A stretch of 64,000 bases of DNA from Octopus sinensis (taxonomy: Eukaryota), in the NCBI RefSeq assembly GCF_006345805.1, contig NW_021834150.1, positions 10,968-74,967 of the forward strand, written 5' to 3'. Shown here piece by piece: positions 44,140 to 56,894 of this stretch. The translations under genes and the position numbers were made by a program. Below the pieces are notes generated by a model that searched no databases, was not told the origin of the DNA, and worked only from the letters and a program-made list of their open reading frames with translations. Within the stretch, counting starts at the first letter, position 1, and the number at the start of each line of letters is the position of its first letter.

Positions 44140-47100
44140 GTGCGGCCACATAAGATCAAGACAGAGAGAGAACATGTTATTAAGAAACTATGGGCAGTAA
44201 AGCTGCATATTGACAGTAGAAGAATTGGATCAGTGAAGTTAAACCGAGGAATTTTACAGGGAGACTCATTGTTTCCTTTACTATTTGTAATGGTATTAAA
44301 TCCTCCAAGCAGAATCCTTAATTCCGTGTTTCAAAAACTTGAAATTAACCAGGAAGATCCCAATATGTTAACATATTCTACTAATCATTTGCTATTTATT
44401 GACGATCTATTTCATGCTATAAATGAATATGCATTGTCACTATATAATTATTATATTGGGCTAATCAATATTGAACCTTCTGAATTTGATGATATTGACA
44501 GACAAATACGGCAATTGCTTACGTAACTCAGATTACATCTCAAACCTGCAAATAAAGAGAGACTGTATTTAAACTGGAAGGCTCTTGGAAGAGGGTTTTC
44601 ATCAATTATTTTCAAAAGTGAACTAATACTCTTTCAGTTCCTTACGAGTCTGGAAAATATGTCCGGGGGACCTTTTGCGGTTTAATTTCTTAATGGCATC
44701 CATTGTTTCTGTAATATTAATAGGACCGATTATTCGAGTGTCTTGAATGTTTAGAATTTCATTGACTTCGCTATTTTGGTTGAAATTTTCGTGGAAATAT
44801 TCCGAAATGATTGCAGTTTTTTCAGTTTCACTAATGACTGTTCTTGCAAGTTTATCATGCACAGTAATATGGTTTATTCTTTTTCCTCTGTTTATTAAGC
44901 GAACAGCTTTAAACATCCTCGTTCCATCCTTATATTTTTTAATTTCAGCCACTTGCTCCTCAACTTCTTTTTGTAAGTGACGTTTTTGTATTGTTTTGAT
45001 TTTTGTTAATATTCTTCCACGTTGTGTCTTCAGTTCCCTTTTCCTATTTGCCGTTAATGTTTTGAATTTAGACCAATCGAGCTGGCCGAAGTAATCACAC
45101 GCATACTGAACAAAGCAATTAAAGAAAACGGAAACTTAGATATTGGAAAAGGATTGCTAATTCCACTACCAAAACCCGGGAAACCGAGAGGACCTCTTGG
45201 CAACCTGAGGTCGATTATTCTACTATCGACATTGAGAAAGATATTATCGCTAATTATACTGACCCGAATCAAAAACCGAGTAAACAGTTTTCTATCCCAT
45301 AGACAAAGTGGATTCAGGGAGGGAAGATCAACAGCTGATGTAATTTGGACATACAGATGGACTGGTGCCCTGTGCCAAAAATATAAAAGTATATTGAAAT
45401 TTTTGGGGTAGACATGACTCGGGCCTTCGACTCCATTCACAGAGGGCTCCTTATGGAAGTATTAAAGAGCTTCCTCCATTCAGACGAAACAAGAATGATA
45501 AACCTTCTCCTAGTGAACACACTCGCCGTTAAAGTCGAAAAGACGACATCAAGATATTTGAAACAAATCCTTAAGCCGATCGGAAAGACGCATTGATGAA
45601 TCATGGAAAAGGCTCAAAAAGTTGGGAACGTTCCTGGGAGACACAGAGGATGTTACCAGAAGGAAAATCCTTTCAAATGGAGCCTTTAGAAAGCGTATGT
45701 CTTTATAGGGAACTAAAAAGAAGCTAACTGGAAAAACGAAAATAAGGATATACAACTCGTTTGTATTGCCAATCCTTACTTACAACTGTAAAACCTGGGG
45801 ACTCACAAAACTGGAAAATCAGAAACTAGACAGTTTCCATAGATCTCAATTACGTGCAGCACTCAACATCCGCTACCTGCAGAAGATCACAAACGACAAC
45901 CTATACAAATTATGCAACTCAGAAATTCTTTCGATCGAAATCCTGAAATCACGACAGAGGCTATTTGGCCACATTCTGCGGATGTACGTCGCCACTCCTG
46001 CTAACATTGCTATGGAAACATATTCCATGCAATGCGGAGACGCATTCCGAGGAAGACCAAGGACAACACTTCCATAGGTGCTAAATCAGGATCTCAAAAT
46101 TATTGGGAGAAAACTCGAAACTGCTGATGATCTCGACAACCTGAGAGAATTGGCAAAGACCTGGAGAAGGTTGTGTAACAGTATTGTTGTTCGCGCGGCA
46201 CAAGGAAAGCTTAATTAGTTTTATGACTTCTCGGGAGTGCTTTTAATAATAATATGCTTAGGGAGGGCGAGGATTCTGCGTGTAATTAAAATGAATAAAT
46301 GACATTTGGCTATGATCGCAGGATTTCTATCCTGTAAATATGCAATTATTGATAAGAAGAGTATTACTATTGAGTCTCTAAAGTTCAGTCAGATACAATA
46401 TTTACAAAAGAAAATTAGTTCTAAAGTACTACACTCTGTGCTCTTCAAATGTATGGATGAACCTAATGTTGATTTACCTGCATCCTCATACTGGCTCTCT
46501 AATAGAAATAATGGGCCACGAAGCGAAGCATTGTATTGTCTTTTGAAAGATCGAAACTTGTTCTTTACATCCGCTGGCTCATTATGCAATCATTGTAAGA
46601 AAAGCAAGAAAACTGTTGATCACTTGGCTACTCAGTGTGGTAAAATGCTCAACAGTGATTATCTCCGGAGACACAATGAAGTTGTGAAGTGTATTCACCT
46701 TAACTTGTGCCGAATGTATAAACTTAAAAAAGCAAGACGATTGAAGGGACATTCTGTTCAGTCAACACTGTCGACGGGAAAAGTTGAAATCAGAGTTGAT
46801 ACAACAATCCTCACCAAAACAAAAGTAGAATACAACAAACCAGATATTTTTGTCCACGACAAAATCAAAAACGAAATAAATCTAATTGAAGTGGGTATTA
46901 CTTCACAGGATCGCCTCAAGCAAGTGGAGGTTGAAAAGTGTCACAAGTATGATCTACTGGCAAGTGAGCTTTCGCTTCTGTATAGTTGTCAAGTAAAAAT
47001 AATTCCTGTGGTTATGACATGGGATGGAGTTGTCTCGAAATGCTTCAAAAATTATATGAAGAAACTATCTATTGAAGCAGGAACGGGGACATACATCCAA

Positions 47101-47349
47101 TCCGTTGTACTGAAAAGAACGCTCGAGAGTATGATGATCGAACACAAGCACGGAATGAAGGTATCTGGTGAAGAATACGCTTCTGCTTCCAACCGGTATG
47201 TGGAGATGGCATGGAAAGGTGAATACGACCCAATGAATGCTAAAGAAGATGCAATGGTCGAATCAGATGTGGTAATGGGGAGTAAGAGGCAGCTGAAAGT
47301 AGGCTCTTCTTTCAAGAGAAAGAGAGTGGATATCAGCGAGCTGGAGTGA
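44140..47349 (+). mobile_element. R4-like retrotransposon 3' half interrupted by an RTE insertion
   Basis: RGILQGDSLFP, NHLLFIDD (deletion) at 44140-44660. Resumes at about 46254 with the CCHC/REL ORF 46306-47349 (YLRRHNEVVKCIH, NKPDI, IEVG). Confidence 0.88.
44660..46253 (+). mobile_element. RTE-like insertion with an inverted 5' segment
   Basis: 44660-45060 encodes the pre-RT region on the minus strand, ending KLNRKRSPG. 45064-46220 continues on the plus strand (PIELAEVI..QSGFR..LFGHILR..GRPRTT). TAATAATAAT tail at about 46244-46253. Confidence 0.85.
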
Positions 47350-47699
47350 GATCTGCCTCGTTTGTGATTAACTATTAATTTATTATTGTTCATGTCGTTA
47401 ATAGGCTTTATAATTGATTCATTAGAAGAGAGTCTTTACATTGAGACTGAATACAACGAAAGTGAAGAACTTGAATAAAATAATTTAGAAAAAATAGAAC
47501 AAGAAATTAGCGAAAAATCGTGTGAACAAAGTCAAAAAGTTGTTACTATTAACGAGGGTTTTATCGCTCTAAAAAAATTAAGAGTTATATAATCAAGAAG
47601 AATTCTTTAATATAGAAAATCTTGAGTATATTGAAAACATTAAGAAATACGAGTTGATACAACAATTCAAACAGAGTTGAAAATACAATATAAAAAACG

Positions 47700-48190
47700 C
47701 AACATTTTCCTCTACGATAAAAAAGAGAACCTAATATGGTTTATTGAAGTGGGTGTGACTTCAATAGATAGCCTAAAGAGTTTAGAAGTAGAAAATTGCA
47801 TAAATACAACATTTTAGCTAGTGAATTAGAACTGATTCACAAGGCTAAGGTGAAGATCGTGCCAATTGTTATTACGTGGGATGGAATCGTCTCAACATTC
47901 TACCGCACGTACATTGAGCTCCTTGGGATTAAGAACGTGTTCGTTCTTACATTCAGACTGTTACGCTGAAGGACACTCTAGAGAGCATGTTTGTCGAGTA
48001 CAAACATGGCTTCAGTGAAATCCTGGACTCTGCAAATTCCGTAAATGGGGACTCGCTGAAATATAATTTCTCTATGAAGATCAGCAAGTCCCTTAAGAGA
48101 CCCAGAGACTGCACGCTCCAGAAGGAGATTGAGGATCATGGCGGAAACGATCAAGGTGGACTCATGATGAACTCGGAAAACAAAAATTAA
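47700..48190 (+). mobile_element. R4-like REL 3' fragment
   Basis: IFLYDKKENLIWFIEVGVTS..ASELELIHKAKVKIVPIVITWDG..TLESMFVEYKHG. Confidence 0.85.
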
Positions 48191-48235
48191 TACGGCTGGA
48201 TAGAATGAAAACTCGAGATATTGAAAACATTAGAT

Positions 48236-48826
48236 CAGGGGTGCGCAAGTGCGGCCGTGAGTCGATGAATGTGCGGCCGTGGGCACAATTAGGTCATCGA
48301 GCAACTAATCTTAAATATAATGCTCACAGTGTTAATTAATCAAGAAAAACCCTAAATAATAATTAAAAATATTCATATTAAATTTACCTGTTAAAAGACG
48401 ACGTTCTTTGAATGAAGAAAAAAGAAAATTTAATATCAACTGGGAAAGTGAATACTTCTTGTCGAAACAAATAACAATAGCATGCAATGCTTATTGTGCC
48501 ATGAGATTGTGAAAACTATAAAACGGGACAATGCTAAACAACATTTTCAAAGACATTTAGACCACCTAGTTGTCAAGTCCAAGTGTTCAAGAGAAGATTC
48601 CCTCGAAAATTTGAAATACAAATTAAGACAACAAAAAAAATGTTTAAAAACTTTTTTAAATGTGGCAAATGCAAGAGTTGAAGCATCCTTTCGAGTTGCT
48701 CATATCCTTGGATCTGCTGGAAAACCTTTTTCAGACGGCGAACTTGTGAAAAGATGTATCATGGAATCAGTTAAATGCATTGATCCCGACAAGAAGCATA
48801 ACTTTGAATTAATTCCACTTTCACGT
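48236..48826 (+). mobile_element. hAT (SPIN/GTF2IRD2-like) 5' fragment
   Basis: CAGGGGTGCGCAAG terminus with GCGGCC repeats. KRKFNINWESEYF..QCLLC..HFQRH..EASFRVAHIL..KPFSDGELVK..IPLSR. Confidence 0.85.
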
Positions 48827-48827
48827 G

Positions 48828-48879
48828 ACCGCCGAATTTTACCGATCCCCGAAATTGGCGGATTCGAGAGACTTTACTG
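48828..48879. repeat. pogo-type TIR end
   Basis: Reverse complement CAGTAAAGTCTCTCGAATCCGCCAATT..TTCGGCGG, followed by TA. Confidence 0.5.
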
Positions 48880-49069
48880 TATTAACAATACAGGTAATAG
48901 GGATGAAGAATTTCATAATTATGATTCGATTTGTCACAAAATTCTTTCCGAAACATTCATTATTTTCTCGACAACAAGTCTTTAATCATCCCGAATGATT
49001 GAGAACAAATGATTGATTTTTTTGAGAACAAAAGGTTAGTACGAGACCACGAAATTGAGAAGACAGTTT

Positions 49070-49320
49070 AAAACGATACATTCTGTATATGTCCATTAGT
49101 CTGAAAAAAACAAAAACATTCCTTTCGTAATTGTCAAAATTGACATTAAAAATGACTTCAACTCGATACGACGTGATACACTTCTAGAGGATTGCTTTAC
49201 ATACTACCCATCAGTGTATAGCTATATTCATAGCTCATATGGAAAACCATCCAGTCTGGTGCACGGCCAATATTACATTCCATCGTGTTCTAAAATCCAA
49301 CAAGGAAACCAACTGCCTAA
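49070..49320 (+). mobile_element. CRE-like RT relic
   Basis: VKIDIKNDFNSIRRDTLL..YPSVYSYIHSSYG..IQQG. Confidence 0.75.
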
Positions 49321-49669
49321 CACTAAACACCAATAAATGTGAAGTTATCAATTTTAAAGATCAAAATAATATAAATTAATATAAATTTAATTCAAAAAGG
49401 ATCAAAATAATATAAATTAAAATTCAAAAAGTCAATATTGGTTGAGATTAATTAATTGATAAAATAAATACAAATTCACTTGCAAAATAAACTTTATTCA
49501 GGATATTTTAGCAGTAGTCAAATTAATTAATCATCAAACAAATAAAAAACGGAAATATTATAAAAATAAAACATTGATTGTACAAAATAATAGAATAACA
49601 ATTAACAACAGAAATGGAACAACAGAAGAAAAGAATATAACGTGCTTTACAAGTGAATAATATATCATA

Positions 49670-51333
49670 CTAGCTCGGCAGCTCGCTTCGCTCACCGCGA
49701 CCTAGCTCCTGCGGAGGGCCTGTTTCATCAAACAACTATAAGTTTATGTAGATGTATAAAACTACCTGGTTTAATGTAACCCTATTCTATTGCCTGTTGA
49801 TAAACGATGTTTGTCGTCCGTCCTTCCTTGGCATATATGAATAAATTTTCTCTTCTGCCTACCCTCGAGCATCCCACATACAGCTGTCCATGTGAAAAGC
49901 ACTCACTCTCTAAAAATAACCCAACTACCTTTAATGACTGTCCCTGGGCCTTGTTTATTGTCATTGCAAAAACTCATCCTCAAAGGAAATTGCAGCCTTT
50001 TAAATCTAAATGGTAATTCATCAGAATTATCGGAATTCGTGGAATATAAACATCCTCACCTCTATACTTACCTGTTAATATCGTCGCCTCTATTACGTTA
50101 GCCATCAAATTTTTGATAACTAACCTCGTTCCGTTGCATAATTTAGGTGGCGCAAGATTTTGTAATAAAACCACTGGAACGCCTATCTTTAATTTTAAAA
50201 GATGATTCGGCATTCCAGAGGGATCTAAGAATTTTAAAAATTCAATCCGGTTGAATTTTTAGAAAATAACAAAAAAAATAAAAAAAAACAAATAAAAATA
50301 AATAATTTAAAAACAAAAAAAATAAAAAAACTTTAAAAATTTGTAAAATAGTATAAACAAAAAAAATCTCTGCCGCCACGGCAACAACCTGTCTAATTTT
50401 TTTAACAGCCAATTAAGATAATGCTTAAAAGCCTTTATAGTCCGGAGATTTAGCTTAGTGACCTTGATTAGACAAACCACTGGCGGAAATGGGACAGGCA
50501 GAAATGGGACAGGCGGAGATGCGGCAGGCAGAGTAGCAGCAGCCAAAAAAGCGACACACAAAAAAGATTTAATTACCTTAAGCTGACCGTTTTTTCTTCG
50601 ATTGCACATTCTGTCAAAGTCAAATATGATAATAGCGGGTTACATTAAACCAGGTAGGGAAGGTTTCAAGGACCTCATCATGTAAGTCGAGGACATCGTA
50701 GTTGTTCATTTTAACCAAAATGCAGAAAAATTTTTTTTATTTTTTGGGGGGAAGGTTTAAGGACCTCATCATGTAAGTCGAGGACATCGTAGTTGTTCAT
50801 TTTAACCAAAATGCAGAAAATTTTTTTTAATTTTTTTGGGGGAAGGTTTTAAGGACCTCATCATGTAAGTCGAGGACATCGTAGTTGTTCATTTTGACCA
50901 AAATGCAGAAAAATTTTTTTTAATTTTTTTTGGGGGAAGGTTTAAGGACCTCATCATGTAAGTCGAGGACATCGTAGTTGTTCATTTTGACCAAAATGCA
51001 GAAAAATTTTTTTTAATTTTTTTTTGGGGGAAGGTTTTAAGGACCTCATCATGTAAGTCGAGGACATCGTAGTTGTTCATTTTGACCAAAATGCAGAAAA
51101 ATTTTTTTTAATTTTTTTTGGGGGGAAGGTTTTAAGGACCTCATCATGTAAGTCGAGGACATTGTAGTTGTTCATTTTGACCAAAATGCAGCAAAATTTT
51201 TTTTAATTTTTTTTGGGGGGAAGGTTTTAAGGACCTCATCATGTAAGTCGAGGACATCGTATTGCCAATTTGAAGTTGGTGTGCACACACACACAGACAG
51301 ACAGACAGACACCATACCATTTTATTATTAAGA
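49670..51333 (-). mobile_element. Non-autonomous Helitron H3 (array about 50655-51262)
   Basis: 5' TC end at 51333, 3' CTAG at 49670, RepHel tail including LDPSGMPNHLLKLK, about 10 repeat units. Confidence 0.92.
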
Positions 51334-51499
51334 TTTAATTCGATAAATTAAGAACATTTTATTTTTCAAAATAAATAAAAAATCAAATTTTATTAACATT
51401 TTACAATTCTTTATTTTCTAGCTTTAGTAATATTATGATATGGTAGATAGCCTTAATATTTTCCTAATCAGTCATAATATTGTATTCCTGAACTACATT

Positions 51500-54400
51500 T
51501 TTTTTTTGTTTAGTGGTGTAAGGATGGTTGGTTTTTCTCAGTCTGGAAAAGTCATTTCCATGGACGCATCCACAGAATACCAAGTAAATGACGCTCAAGA
51601 AAATGTGGATTTGTCTGTTCATGGCTGTCTTAATGCCCCTGTCAAATACAATGAAACTCAGCAGCTCTCGTCAACTTTGTTATCCTTAAAAGCTATTTGT
51701 GAGTCTATTGATTCGTCCAACCCAGGAGAGTGGATGTCATCTCTTTTGAACTATGTCAAAGATCGTCTCAAGCGAGTACCTAGGGGAGGGTGGCCACTTA
51801 TGGCCAGCTATTTTAATTCTAAATTTGGTAAGAAAAAATCGATATTCGAATTGAAAAAAACTTGCTACTACTTTCCGCGGAAATAATGAAATCACCAAAA
51901 CTGGACATAATATGAATAGAAAATTACTGATTTGACACTGTACAACAAAATTTTTGAAGAATATTAATTCAAATTGATCAAAATAAATCAATACCAATCG
52001 AAGAAAGGAAGCAAACAAGAAAGATTCAATCTCAGCATGTATCATGAATGAAGTGATTGAAATCTTTAATAATAATGGTATGGTATGGTTATGGTGTCTG
52101 TATGTCTGTCGTCTGTCTGTCTGTCTGTCTGTGTGGGTGCACACCAACTTCAAATTGGCAATACGATTGTTCCTCGACTTACATGAGGAAGTCCTTAAAA
52201 CCTTCCCCCCAAAAAAATTAAAAAAAAATTTCTGCATTTTGGGTAAAATGAACAACTACAATGTCCTCGACTTACATGATGAAGTCCTTAAAACCTTCCC
52301 CCCAAAAAAAATTAAAAAAAATTTTCTGCATTTTGGTTAAAATGAACAACTACAATGTCCTCGACTTACATGATGAAGTCCTTAAAACCTTCCCCAAAAA
52401 AAAAAATTAAAAAAAATTTCTGCATTTTGGTTAAAATGAACAAACACGATGTCCTCGACTTACATGATGAGGTCCTTAAAACCTTCCCCCCAAAAAAAAT
52501 TAAAAAAAAAGTTTTTCTGCATTTTGGTCAAAATGAACAACTACGATGTCCTCGACTTACATGATGAGGTCCTTAAAACTTCCCCCCAAAAAAAATTAAA
52601 AAAAAATTTTCTGCATTTTGGTTAAAATGAACAACTACGATGTCCTCGACTTACATGATGAGGTCCTTAAATCCTTCCCGCCAAAAAATCAAAAAATTAT
52701 TTTCTGCATTTGATTAAAATGAACAACGTAATGTCTCGACATTCATGATGAGGCCTATTAAAACCTTCGAGGCAAAATCTCACGTATTAAGAATATCCTT
52801 GATGAAAACGACAGCGAGAAATTAACAATGATGAACTCCCAATTATTCGCGATAAAGAAATTCAATTCATCCTATGATTTTCTCTTTAAAAATTAAATGC
52901 ATATATCATTATCGACCATGAATCAAAATTAAAGCTATTATCATATTTGACTTTGACAGAATGTGCAATTACAGATTGCACGACCTTGAATAGAGTGTGC
53001 AATTAACAGATTTGAAAAACACTTTGATAGTTAAAACCACATTAGCACAATCATTAACACAATTTACCACCAATTGACAGCGCAATCAGAAGAATTTGCG
53101 TAAAATATTAACTATTTAGTTAAGTTTTTCGTAAAGATAGAATTTATTTTTGGTATGCCTCTTTTCCTAAAACTTTTTATTATTCAAAAATAATTTTTTA
53201 AATAGATAACGAAGGAGGAAAAAAAAACGAAAGCTGAAAAAACGGTCAGCTTAAGGTAATTAATTAAATCTTTTGTGGTCGCTTTTTTGGCTGCTGCTAC
53301 TCTGCCTGCCGCATCTCCGGCTGCCCCATTTCCGCCAGTGGTTTGTCTAATCAAGGTCACTAAGCTAAATCTCCGGCTGGAATGCCGAATCTCTCTTAAA
53401 GTTAAAGATAGGCGTTCCAGTGGTTTTTTTATACGAATCTTGCGCCACCTAAATTATGCAACGGAACGAGGTTAGTTATCAAAAATTGATGGCTAACTTA
53501 ATAGAGGCGACGAATTAACAGGTAAGTATGAGAGGTAGGATGTTTATTTTCCACGAATCCGATAATTTTGATGAATAGAATACCATTTAGATTTAAAAGG
53601 CTGCAATTCCTTGAGGATTGAGTTTTGCAATGACAATAAACAAGGCCCAGGGACAGTCATTAAAGGTAGTTGAGTTATTTTTAGAGAGTGAGTGCTTTTC
53701 ACATGGACAGCTGTATGTGGATGCTCGAGGGTAGGCAGAAGAGAAAATTTAATTCATATGCCAAGAAGGACGGACGACAACATCGTTTATCAAAAAGGCG
53801 CGATAGAATAGGTTACATAAACAGGTAGTTTTATACATTGACATAAACTTATACAATTGATGAAACAGGCCCTCCGCAGGAGCTAGGTCGCGGTGAGCGA
53901 AGCGAGTGCTGAAATGATTAATAAAGCCCTAATTGAATACACGTCGAATAACATTCCTGCAAGTATTGAGGATATTTCGTCTTTGATATACTCAGCACAA
54001 TGTGTATATCAACAGATATCAAGTAAATTGACATTCAAGTCGAATTGGAAACAAAAAATCCAAAATAAAATTGAATCTTTGATGGAGAATGATCGGTTAA
54101 TATCAAAGCATTTTATGTCCACCACTAAAGATGAGGAACGGAAGAAAGCAGTAGACATTCTCTGCTCCTACAATTATAAGAAGTCTAAAAGGGGGGAGTT
54201 TGAGAGAATATCGTCTACAATAAATGATCAAATCAAAATTCAAACAAAAAGTTATCAGTTTCAGATTCAAGAAGGCAATATGGAATAGATAATAGAAACT
54301 TCGAGTTGAACAGAAGATCGTTCTACAGAAAGCTGAATCCAATTCTGATAACAAACAAATTGCTGGTTTGACTCGTCTGAGTGTCTCAAGTTTTGGGGTG

Positions 54401-56873
54401 ATGTTGGAAGAAAAGGGATAAAACTGATTTGGGCCTTGGAGTGAACAAAAGAGTAACTGGAGTGGAAGATAATGCACCTGACGTTAGCGACGAGTTTATA
54501 TCAAACTTAATTGAGTACCTTCCTAATTGGAAGGCTCCGGGATGTGATGCTGTGTACAATTTCTTTATCAAAAGCTGGACTCTCTTCACAAATTTCTTTT
54601 CCAAGAGATCAGAAATATTATTAATGGTGTCAGTCAACCACAAGGATGGTTTTACACTGGAATTACATTTTTAATCCCAAAGAAAGCAAACTCTGTTGAT
54701 CCGAAGGACCTTAGACCAATTACATGCATGCCGTGCTTATATAAATTGGTCACAAAATGTGTGAACGAAAAAATCGCTGTATATGCTGATACTTACGATC
54801 TGATAACGGAGTTCCAGTTGGGATCTAAACGCCATTGCCAAGGAGCAAAGGAATAGCGCTTCTAAATAGACGCGTTAATGAAGTTTATGGAAACAAATTA
54901 TTATGTGCATGGATCGACGTAAAGAAAGCTTTTGACTCAGTGAGTCACGAATTTCTTTTTGAAGTTTTGGAAAACTCAGGACTACCTAAATGGATAACGA
55001 AATTTATGATGTCAATAATTCCTAACTGGAGAGTGTCGTTAAGATTAGGAAAAGAGCTGCTTGGAACAGTTAATATTGATCGTGGTATACTCCAAGGTGA
55101 CTCACTGTCACCACAGTTATTTGTATTGTCTTGGATCCATTAAGCAGGATTTTATCTTTAAAATATCCGAGTATGTCAATCAATACTGGTGAAGACAAGT
55201 CCTTAACCTTTCTACCAATCATTTTCTATTCATCGATGATTTGAAGCTTTTTGCTCAGAAGGAAGAGACACTGGCACGCATGATGGAGGATGTGAACATT
55301 TACTTTAAACTGGCTGGTTTGGAGAAGAATTTGAGAAATCAGCGACAAATTGTTATTTGTTGAGGAATGAAGCTACATTAATGGATGGACTAGATAGCTA
55401 TCGCTATCTGGGGGTGCTAGAAGACAGATGCAGTAATGTTCTTAAAGAGGATGTACTCAAAAATATTAAAGAAGAAATGCAAAAGCGTATTGGAAGACTA
55501 TCGGAAACTAAACTAAATGCAGTCAATCTATTTAGAGCAATTAATGAGCATGCTCTATCGCTGATTAACTATTATATCGGTCTACTCGATCTGGAACCAT
55601 CTTGTTTCGAAGAAAATGGACAAGTTGTCAGAAAGCTGTTGGCTGATTTGAAAATTCACATGAAGCCAGCCTGTAAAGAAAGACTGTATCTGCCAAGAGA
55701 TACACTGGAAGGGGACTTGTATCAGTTGCCTTTAAGGCGGAAAAAATGCTGTTGGACTTCAAAACCAATTTGGAAAGGCGAAAGTTAATCTCCTTGAGAA
55801 AAGCAGCAATTTTGTGGGCCGAACAGAAAAGGAAAACCCATATGGCCACAATCACAGAATTCCTGCATGTAAATATGGAACAACCACACTCGATGAGATT
55901 GCTAAATCACTACGTGACTTGCAGATAGAGTCACTGTTGCTTAGTATTAAAAAGAAAAGGTTGCATTCGAAGCTATTTGAGTCGCTTGAGAATAATACTT
56001 TTGATATCCCAACATCTTCAACATGGCTAAAGAAGGGAATATATCTCCTAAATCTGAGGCAATGTTTCTTTTCTTCAAGACAGAAAAGTCTTTTTCAGAA
56101 ACTCTGATGAAAATGCCCACATTGTAAATCTTCGCCTAAAACCGTGGACCATCTTGCGACGCGATGCAGTAGAATGCTAAATTCAGATTATACCAGAAGG
56201 CATAACGAGATTGTGAGGTGTGTTCACATGCACTTGTGTCGGAGATTTGGAATGAAGAAGTCCAAGAGACTGAAAAACCACTCCGTGCAGTGTATAATGT
56301 CGAATAGCTCTGCGGAAATTCGGGTCGATACGATACTACAATTCCAACTGAACTAAAAATACAATATAACAAGCCTGATATATTCCTGTATGACAAGAAG
56401 GAAAATTTGATATGGATCATTGAAGTGGGTGTTACCTCGATAGATAATTTGAAATCGGTGGAAGTGGAAAAATGCATAAATACGACATTCTAGCCAGTGA
56501 ATTACAATTAATTCACAAGGCTAAGGTAAAGATTGTACCGATTGTCCTCACGTGGGATGGGATAGTCTCTACATTCTTCAGAAAATATATGGACCTTCTT
56601 AAAATCAAAGAAAGTGTGCAGGCATACATCCAGACTGTTGGTTTGAAAAAAACAATGGAAAGCATGATAGTAGAACACAAATTTGGCTTCGAAAATATGT
56701 CTACCTCAGGTAACTCATTTGACGAAGGACGGAAATCGGTGAAGAGACGGCGAGATTCTGTAGTTTCCGCCGATGAAGGAAACAACTCCGAAGTGGGAAC
56801 AGATAGCGGGAAGAGGATTCCGAGAGTAAACTTGGCGGAGCAACAAACTAAATGGAAAAGGAAAGTTAATTAG
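51500..56873 (+). mobile_element. Near full-length R4/Dong-like retrotransposon split by Helitron H4
   Basis: N-terminal RVPRGGW domain (51523-52062). Resumes EMINKALIEY at about 53910. RT motifs WKAPGCD, RPITC, IDVKKAFD, GILQGDSLSP, FIDDLKL, YRYLG. CCHC and REL motifs to 56873. Many frameshifts. Confidence 0.88.
52063..53910 (+). mobile_element. Non-autonomous Helitron H4 (array about 52165-52750, damaged 3' end)
   Basis: A|TCTTTAATAAT start, (GTCT)n, array, helicase tail. The terminal GAGCTAG is missing. Confidence 0.88.
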
Positions 56874-56894
56874 TTAATTAATATTTTATCTTTA

